Source of the DNA: Candidatus Woesearchaeota archaeon
Lineage (GTDB): Archaea > Nanobdellota > Nanobdellia > UBA10117 > JABICX01
Assembly: GCA_964435825.1 (NCBI GenBank)
Contig: CAYTAB010000001.1
Location: 1-47,363 of the forward strand
Direction: 5' to 3'
Length of the DNA stretch: 47,363 nt
A model generated the notes under the pieces. It saw only the letters and a program-made list of their open reading frames with translations, did not search any database and was not told the origin of the DNA. Position numbers and translations under genes: made by a program. Each line of letters opens with the position of its first letter. The stretch's first letter is position 1. Below are positions 24,544-30,384 of this stretch, piece after piece.

Positions 24544-25246
24544 TTTTCATCTTTTTTAATTTAGCTTCAGAAAGAGTTTTAATTTCTGAAGCAGTTGCTA
24601 TAGCCACTTCAAGTCTTTCAATATTAAACTCCTTTCCCTGTGTTTTTTTGAAAATAGATATTGCTAGCCTTGTTGCCTCTTCTTGAGACATATTTTCTTT
24701 ATAGTTTTTTTCAAGAAGTTTATTTGCTTCATCGCTTTTTGTACCAATGGCTTTGGCCTTGTATTCAAAGTAACTTCCACTTGGTTCTGTTAAAAACAAT
24801 TTTGGCTTTTTTGTCACACCGCCAACTAACAGGGAAATTCCAAATGGTCTTGCGCCACCATATTGAGTATATGCTTGTTTTAAATCTGCAATATATTTCA
24901 CAATACTTTCTGTTTCAATATTTTCGCCATATGTTAATTTGTGTTGTTGAGCTCTTACTCTTGCTCTTCTAACTAAAATTCTTGCATCACTCATGAATCC
25001 TGATGATCCAAGAACAATATAATCATCAATATTAAACACTTTACTTACAGAGTTTTGAATTAATAATTTATCAGTTCTATATCTATCTGCAGCTATAATT
25101 ACGCAGTCTTTAGCTACGATACCAATTACTGTGGCACCAAGTGAAACAGCTTTTTTAGCATATTCTACTTGAAGAAGTCGTCCATCTGGACTAAACATAG
25201 TAATAGCTCTATCATATCCCATTGCTTGATTTGGCATAAATTGCAT
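24536..25246 (-). CDS. psmA: Proteasome subunit alpha
   Basis: GYDRAITMFSPDGRLLQVEYAKKAV... Confidence 0.95.
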   Translation of the reverse strand: MQFMPNQAMGYDRAITMFSPDGRLLQVEYAKKAVSLGATVIGIVAKDCVIIAADRYRTDKLLIQNSVSKVFNIDDYIVLGSSGFMSDARILVRRARVRAQQHKLTYGENIETESIVKYIADLKQAYTQYGGARPFGISLLVGGVTKKPKLFLTEPSGSYFEYKAKAIGTKSDEANKLLEKNYKENMSQEEATRLAISIFKKTQGKEFNIERLEVAIATASEIKTLSEAKLKKMKNE

Positions 25247-25327
25247 TCTTATTCATCTCCTAATTTCCTTTCTTTAATGAAAGGTTTTGATGGAATTTCT
25301 CCACATCTTTCAAAATCAATGATTTTA

Positions 25328-25657
25328 TCAGTTTTGAATTTTTAAGTTTTTTAATTTATTTATTACTCCTGAGGTTTTTAATGTTTCTATTTTTGCATCT
25401 TTTATAAGAGATAATGCAACTTTGACGTGGTTGACATATTTTGTATTTACAGCAATAATTCCTGTTTGTGTTTTTTTATTCCACGTCTCTTTTAGGAATG
25501 TAACTCCGGCCTTTGATATGCCGAACTCTCCTAGAAATGCCAGACAGGCTTTCGTGACCATATCTGAAATTTCTTCTTTATCTCTCTTCAATTTAGATTT
25601 TACTTTAAAGAGTATATAATGTTTTCGTTCTTTTAAAGTTGGCAATATTGGTTTCAT
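25328..25657 (-). CDS. rnp2: RNase P protein component 2 (Pop5 family)
   Basis: MKPILPTLKERKHYILFKV... matches the Pop5 N-terminal signature (LPPTLRerkRYI.F). It occupies the conserved position upstream of psmA. The track start at 25678 is a TTG inside the upstream hairpin. Confidence 0.7.
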   Translation of the reverse strand: MKPILPTLKERKHYILFKVKSKLKRDKEEISDMVTKACLAFLGEFGISKAGVTFLKETWNKKTQTGIIAVNTKYVNHVKVALSLIKDAKIETLKTSGVINKLKNLKIQN

Positions 25658-25664
25658 TTTAATC

Positions 25665-25686
25665 CCTTTTCTTCCCAAAGAAAAGG
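25665..25686 (-). promoter_or_regulatory. Perfect 9-bp stem / 4-nt loop hairpin 8 nt upstream of the pop5 ATG
   Basis: On the mRNA strand it reads ccttttctt-tggg-aagaaaagg. The purine-rich 3' arm lies where an SD would be. Confidence 0.4.
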
Positions 25687-25801
25687 TCTTAACCCCAAAA
25701 GAAGGGTACTTTTCGTTAGGATTTAATTAAATAAAGGAGAATTTCAGGGTTTTTAAATGTAATTTTTTTAGCTAATTGAATAAAAATAAGTATATTAAAA
25801 A

Positions 25802-25978
25802 TTATTTGTTTTTAGTAGACTTTTTTGCCCATTCAATTTTTGAAGGATTTCTTTTTAATTTAAGGAGGTTTTTTTCACATTTTGAGGAGCAAAACCATTG
25901 TATTTTTCCATTTTTTCTAACAAACATCTTTCCAGTTCCCTGAGGGATTTCTCGTTTGCAGAAGATGCAGTTTGCCAT
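25802..25978 (-). CDS. rpl24e: 50S ribosomal protein L24e
   Basis: MANCIFCKREIPQGTGKMFVRKNGKIQWFCSSKCEKN. The start lies in a TAAAATGGC junction with rps28e. Confidence 0.9.
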   Translation of the reverse strand: MANCIFCKREIPQGTGKMFVRKNGKIQWFCSSKCEKNLLKLKRNPSKIEWAKKSTKNK

Positions 25979-25979
25979 T

Positions 25980-26246
25980 TTAACGTCGTCCTCCTTTGAG
26001 AGGTGATGCTTCAATTTCTGTTTGAGTTAGCATTAAATAATCTCCGATTTGAACAGGTCCGAGAACATTTCTACGCATAACTTTTCCAGCATCTTTTCCT
26101 TCAAGAACCTTGCATCTTATTTGATACCCGCCTTTAGAACCTAAAGAACCTAGAATTTCAATTACTTTTGCAGGAACAGAACCTTCCATCTGCATTAATT
26201 GTTCTTTTTCTGTTCTTTTTTCTTTTTTACCTGCACCTCTGGCCAT
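25980..26246 (-). CDS. rps28e: 30S ribosomal protein S28e (with a short K/E-rich N-terminal extension)
   Basis: PAKVIEILGSLGSKGGYQIRCKVLEG...RNVLGPVQIGDYLMLTQTEIEA. The ATG at 26246 lies in a TAAAATGGC junction with rpl7ae. The track start at 26255 is a GTG and an internal ATG at 26195 is also possible. Confidence 0.85.
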   Translation of the reverse strand: MARGAGKKEKRTEKEQLMQMEGSVPAKVIEILGSLGSKGGYQIRCKVLEGKDAGKVMRRNVLGPVQIGDYLMLTQTEIEASPLKGGRR

Positions 26247-26247
26247 T

Positions 26248-26703
26248 TTACTCACTCTTTTTTCCTTTTTCTAAATCTTCTTTTTTTTCTGTTTTAGTTT
26301 CATCAGTTTTTTTGTTTTCTTTTTTAGGCTCTTCTTTAACAGGTTTTGACTCTTTTTTTCTTAGTGATTCAAGAGACTTTATTATATTCTCGAATTGTTT
26401 TTTAGCTTCTCCAACTTTAACAATTGAGATTGCAGTGGTTCCTACAGGTAAACCTGCTGCTGCTCCAAGTTCTGCTTTTTCTGGAACAATTACAAAAGGA
26501 ACATTTTTTTCCTGAGAAAGTTGTGGAAAATGAAGTGTAATTTCTTTTGGATTAACATCAGCTGCGACAACAACCATCTTAGCTTCGTTTTTTTCCAAAC
26601 TTTTAGTGACTTCATTAGCACCTTTTCGTAATTTTCCGTCGACTTTTACGCTTTCAATGAGCTTATATATTTTTTCTGATAGTTCTTGTGGTACTTCCAT
26701 CAT
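26248..26703 (-). CDS. rpl7ae: 50S ribosomal protein L7Ae (kink-turn binder) with a ~35-aa K/E-rich C-terminal extension
   Basis: LRKGANEVTKSLEKNEAKMVVVAADVNPKEI...EKNVPFVIVPEKAELGAAAG. The tail is SKPVKEEPKKENKKTDETKTEKKEDLEKGKKSE. The ATG at 26703 is preferred over the TTG at 26712. Confidence 0.9.
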   Translation of the reverse strand: MMEVPQELSEKIYKLIESVKVDGKLRKGANEVTKSLEKNEAKMVVVAADVNPKEITLHFPQLSQEKNVPFVIVPEKAELGAAAGLPVGTTAISIVKVGEAKKQFENIIKSLESLRKKESKPVKEEPKKENKKTDETKTEKKEDLEKGKKSE

Positions 26704-26756
26704 ATTCACCAATGTATGTTTAATTTGATTGATTTAAAAAGGTTATGTTTTGGAGT

Positions 26757-28415
26757 TTATTTATGAGTGAAAATAAATTCTAGCTTGTTTTTAGTTTTCT
26801 TTTCAAGTCGAGCAAATCCAAATCTTTCAAATTGAACAATTTCACCAACTTTTATTTGTACGCAATTTGGTTCACATAGTCCTTTTATTTTTTTTCCATT
26901 TGTCATTAAAACTTCAGCAGGAATGTTTTCTTCAGAAATCCAGTGTATTTTCTGAATTGAATGCTTAATATTATTGTCAGTTATTTTTGCTTTTTTAGTT
27001 AACATTATGTTTGTTAGGTCTTTTAGTCTGATTTCTTTTCCTTTGTTTTTTTCAAAATCACTCTTTGTTATGAAGATTTTGTTTGTTGCTTTAATTTTTC
27101 TTGTTTCTTTTTTATTTGGATGTAATGGCAGTACTGAAACTTTTTTGAAGTTGTTGTCTAAAGTTATTTTAACAAAAGGCTTTGCGACAAAAAAATACCT
27201 ATTGCATTCTGCATCAAGGAATTTGCGATTTATTGAAGACAAAAGGCTATCATCAATTGGTGTTGGTGTTTTTGAGAGTCCGACTTTTTTTGCAAGTTCA
27301 TAAAAAGTTTCTGGTTTAAATCCTCTTCTTTTTAATGCTGCAAGTGTTGGAAAAGAAGGATGGTCCCAAGTGTATTTTCCTTTTGTTACTAGCTCTCTTA
27401 AATGCCTTCCAGATGTTTTTTCTAATCCAGCTACATTAAATCTGCCATATTGAATATAGGTTTTTTCTTTAAAACCCATTAATTTTGAAAGATATTTTTG
27501 AAGTTCAATTCTTTCATTTCCAAATTCAATACTTCTTAAAATATGTGTTACTCCTGTCCATTCTTCTTCACATGTTGAAGCAAAATCATACAAAGGCCAC
27601 ACTATATATTTTTTTCTTTGCCGATAATGTTCAGAATAGTTGATTCGAAAAATAGAAGGATCACGCATCACTGCATTTTTGGATTTCATATCTCCGCGCA
27701 ACCTTAATGTACATTCTTTTTCTTTGAAATCTCCATTAAGCATTTTGTTCCATAATTTTAGGGTTTCTTTTTCTTTTGCTTTTGAACATTCACATGATTC
27801 TTTTTTTGTTCTTAATTTTGAAATTTTTTCTTGATTACAGAAACACACATATACTTTGTTTTCTTTAATTAATTTATTGATTTGAGAATACATTTTTTCA
27901 ATATCATCTGAAGTGTAGACTGTTTTTGATGGTTTTATTCTTAAATATTTAATTCCATCTAAAAAGGAATTTACAAATTCTGCTTTATCTTTTTCAGGAT
28001 TAGTATCATCTATTCTGAGAATGCATTTTCCATCATATTTTTTTGAATACATATAATTGATTAAGAAAGAGATTGCATGACCTGCTGTCATAAAATTACT
28101 TGGTCCTGGAGGCATTCGTGTAACAACTTTATTCATAACTGCATTTGGTAATTCAGCTAATTCTTTTTCTTTTTTTTCACGATGTAAAAGATTTGGGAAT
28201 TCTCTTTTTATTTTAAGTTCCTGTTCTTCTTTTGTCATTGAATTAATTTCATCAACAATTTTCTTAATAATTTTTGAAGTTGTTTTTATCTCTGATTTAG
28301 TGATTTCTTTTGATGCAAGAAGCTTTCCAAGAACAGCTTTTTCATTTGCAGTTCCTTTATGTAAGTATGCATTCTCTAAAGCAAATTTTTTAATAGAAGT
28401 TTCTAATTTTTTCAT
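26757..28415 (-). CDS. gltX: Glutamate--tRNA ligase (archaeal type)
   Basis: An archaeal GluRS N-terminal helix domain (KKFALENAYLHKGTANEKAVLGKLL). Class I core ...GHAISFLINYMYSKKYDGKCILRIDDTNPEK, VTHILRSIEF, and WDHPSFPTLAALKRRG. There is an ATGA overlap with tyrS. Confidence 0.85.
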   Translation of the reverse strand: MKKLETSIKKFALENAYLHKGTANEKAVLGKLLASKEITKSEIKTTSKIIKKIVDEINSMTKEEQELKIKREFPNLLHREKKEKELAELPNAVMNKVVTRMPPGPSNFMTAGHAISFLINYMYSKKYDGKCILRIDDTNPEKDKAEFVNSFLDGIKYLRIKPSKTVYTSDDIEKMYSQINKLIKENKVYVCFCNQEKISKLRTKKESCECSKAKEKETLKLWNKMLNGDFKEKECTLRLRGDMKSKNAVMRDPSIFRINYSEHYRQRKKYIVWPLYDFASTCEEEWTGVTHILRSIEFGNERIELQKYLSKLMGFKEKTYIQYGRFNVAGLEKTSGRHLRELVTKGKYTWDHPSFPTLAALKRRGFKPETFYELAKKVGLSKTPTPIDDSLLSSINRKFLDAECNRYFFVAKPFVKITLDNNFKKVSVLPLHPNKKETRKIKATNKIFITKSDFEKNKGKEIRLKDLTNIMLTKKAKITDNNIKHSIQKIHWISEENIPAEVLMTNGKKIKGLCEPNCVQIKVGEIVQFERFGFARLEKKTKNKLEFIFTHK

Positions 28416-29452
28416 ATTAGGGTGGGGTATGCTTTTTTTAGAAGCATCTGTTTAGCAAAAAGTTTTGTTCTTATTTTTGAAATAATTTTAATTAACTCTT
28501 CTGCGCATGAATTTTTTAAATCAATTGGATGAAGCCCATTTTTAAAAGCTTTTTTAAGTTCATTAATGTTTTTTGGTTTTAATGTACCTCCAAACTTAGC
28601 AGGACGCTTTATTTCAAGAGTTTTTTTCTGATATTCGAGAACTGGGAAGATAATTAATTCAAATATATCTAAAATTGGATTGTTTTCTGTTTGATTTGCA
28701 GGACAAAATGCATTTGAAATTTTCTTTTTTATATCTGAATCTGAATCAATTAAGCTTATTTTCTTTCCTGAAGAACTTGACATTTTTCCATTCATTCGCG
28801 AGCCTTCAATATTATTAAGCAGTGGTGTGAAGATACAAACTGGTTTTTTATATCCTAGTTCAGGCAAAAGTTCTCTTCCAAGCATATATATTCCTCTTTG
28901 GTCAATTCCTGAAAATGCAATATCTGCTTTAAGTGCGACAATGTCTTCTATTTGCATAAATGGGTAAAAAAAGCCACCCATTTTTGGAGCATCTCCAAAC
29001 CTAACAACTTCAGATGTTGCTCTTTTTGTTCGATTCATTGTAACTAAATTTGACATTTGAAGAATATCCAACCAGTATTGTTTATTAAATTCAAAATCAG
29101 AGCCTTTTACTAATTTTATTTTTTTTGAATTAACATTAAGCAAATTCATTACTGCTTTAATAACTTCAAGATAAACTTTTGCACGTGCATCTAAAAGCTT
29201 CCAAGGAGATTTTTTATCATCTAAATAAGCATGAATATCTGCAGCCATAAAAGTAAAATCAACTCCTGCAGTAATCATATCTGCTATTTTAATTATTGGA
29301 ACCAGATGACCAATATGCATCATTCCAGTTGTTGCATAACCAATATATGCTTTTATTTTCTTTTTTTCTGAAAATAAGTTTTTAAATTCTTTTTCTTCTA
29401 TAATTTCCTGAACATTTCTTTTAATCAGGTTTAACTTATCCTTAACTTTCAT
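28412..29452 (-). CDS. tyrS: Tyrosine--tRNA ligase (archaeal type)
   Basis: GYATTGMMHIGHLVPI (HIGH), ADIHAYLDDKK and GKMSSSSGKKI (KMSSS), comparable to the Methanocaldococcus TyrRS motifs. Confidence 0.85.
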   Translation of the reverse strand: MKVKDKLNLIKRNVQEIIEEKEFKNLFSEKKKIKAYIGYATTGMMHIGHLVPIIKIADMITAGVDFTFMAADIHAYLDDKKSPWKLLDARAKVYLEVIKAVMNLLNVNSKKIKLVKGSDFEFNKQYWLDILQMSNLVTMNRTKRATSEVVRFGDAPKMGGFFYPFMQIEDIVALKADIAFSGIDQRGIYMLGRELLPELGYKKPVCIFTPLLNNIEGSRMNGKMSSSSGKKISLIDSDSDIKKKISNAFCPANQTENNPILDIFELIIFPVLEYQKKTLEIKRPAKFGGTLKPKNINELKKAFKNGLHPIDLKNSCAEELIKIISKIRTKLFAKQMLLKKAYPTLI

Positions 29453-29492
29453 TAAGAATATACTGGAGAAAATTACATAAAAAGATTATTGT

Positions 29493-30188
29493 TTATCTAT
29501 ATTCGACTTTTTCAATATATTTTTCTGCTGTTTCTTTTAGTGCTTTTAATTGAGCTTCTGAAAATGATTTTTCATTCATATAGTCTGGATTAAGAGTATT
29601 TAATGGCCTGAAGTTTTGTATTATGTATTTTTTAGCTCCTTTAAGATGCTGGGATATTTTTTTAATATCCTCTTTAGTGTGGTGTTTTGGAAGAACTGTT
29701 GTTCTAAATTCATAATCTGGTGCAGATTTCTTAATAATTTCAATGCTTTTTTTGATTTTTTCAATATCCACCTCTGTTCCTGAGGTTTCTGAATATTTTT
29801 CAAAGCAGTTTTTGACATCCATCGCAATATAATCAATTAATTTCTTGTCAAGAAGCTCTTTTATTTTATCAGGAAATGTTCCATTTGTATCAAGTTTTGT
29901 CAGAAACCCTTGTTTTTTTATTTGCTGCAAAATCTGTTTAAGTTCTGGATGCAGAGTTGGTTCTCCGCCAGTTATTTCAACAGCATCAACCCATTCTTTT
30001 TTTGAAGCAATGTCTTCTAAAACTTCAAAAAAGTTAATAGATTCAAGTTTATCACTTTCTAAAACAAGCGAACTATTATGGCAGAATGGACAGCGAAAGT
30101 TGCATTTATCTAAAAAAATTATTGATACTATCTTTCCAGGCCATTCTACTAAAGAAGTTGGTTCATAACCAAACACCTTAATTTCCAT
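29493..30188 (-). CDS. nrdG: Anaerobic ribonucleoside-triphosphate reductase activating protein (radical SAM)
   Basis: CNFRCPFCHN (CxxxCxxC) and VEITGGEPTL. It lies directly downstream of nrdD. Confidence 0.85.
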   Translation of the reverse strand: MEIKVFGYEPTSLVEWPGKIVSIIFLDKCNFRCPFCHNSSLVLESDKLESINFFEVLEDIASKKEWVDAVEITGGEPTLHPELKQILQQIKKQGFLTKLDTNGTFPDKIKELLDKKLIDYIAMDVKNCFEKYSETSGTEVDIEKIKKSIEIIKKSAPDYEFRTTVLPKHHTKEDIKKISQHLKGAKKYIIQNFRPLNTLNPDYMNEKSFSEAQLKALKETAEKYIEKVEYR

Positions 30189-30384
30189 TATTATAGCTTA
30201 TTAGTTTTGCAGGATTTGTTTTGTCATTAGAAAGGTTTTGCTTGAATTTTCCTTCATGCAGTTTTTTTCCTGAAAAGGTTCTTCTAAACCTAAACTCTTC
30301 TGCTTTTCCTTTATTCCATTGTTTTACAGGTCTGAAATATCCTACAATTCTAGTATATACTTCACATTCTTTTCCACATTTCAT
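30178..30384 (-). CDS. Stand-alone NrdD C-terminal zinc-knuckle + glycyl-radical segment (68 aa)
   Basis: MKCGKECEVYTRIVGYFRPVKQWNKGKAEEFRFRRTF matches the canonical NrdD extreme C-terminus (RxxGY radical loop, wNxGKxxE). There is an ATGA overlap with the large nrdD ORF, and GGAGGT lies 8 nt upstream. Confidence 0.75.
   Translation of the reverse strand: MKCGKECEVYTRIVGYFRPVKQWNKGKAEEFRFRRTFSGKKLHEGKFKQNLSNDKTNPAKLISYNNGN

Noticed and set aside
21371-26515. Plus-strand ORFs opposite the exosome / ribosomal-protein operons (21371-21649, 21909-22274, 22352-22534, 23583-23843, 24230-24559, 24661-24972, 25422-25619, 26168-26515)
   Set aside because: Each is antisense to a confidently identified conserved gene, and none has a recognisable motif. 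21371-21649 additionally masks the real rpoK gene on the other strand.
28077-28088. Non-canonical HIGH signature in GluRS (TAGH instead of HIGH: ...NFMTAGHAISF)
   Set aside because: It is a real deviation in the sequence, but the rest of the catalytic core (RIDDTNPEK, VTHILRSIEF, WDHPSFPTL) and the archaeal-type LSTSG-like loop (EKTSG) look intact. A single motif change in a fast-evolving lineage is not enough to propose a paralogue with a new function.
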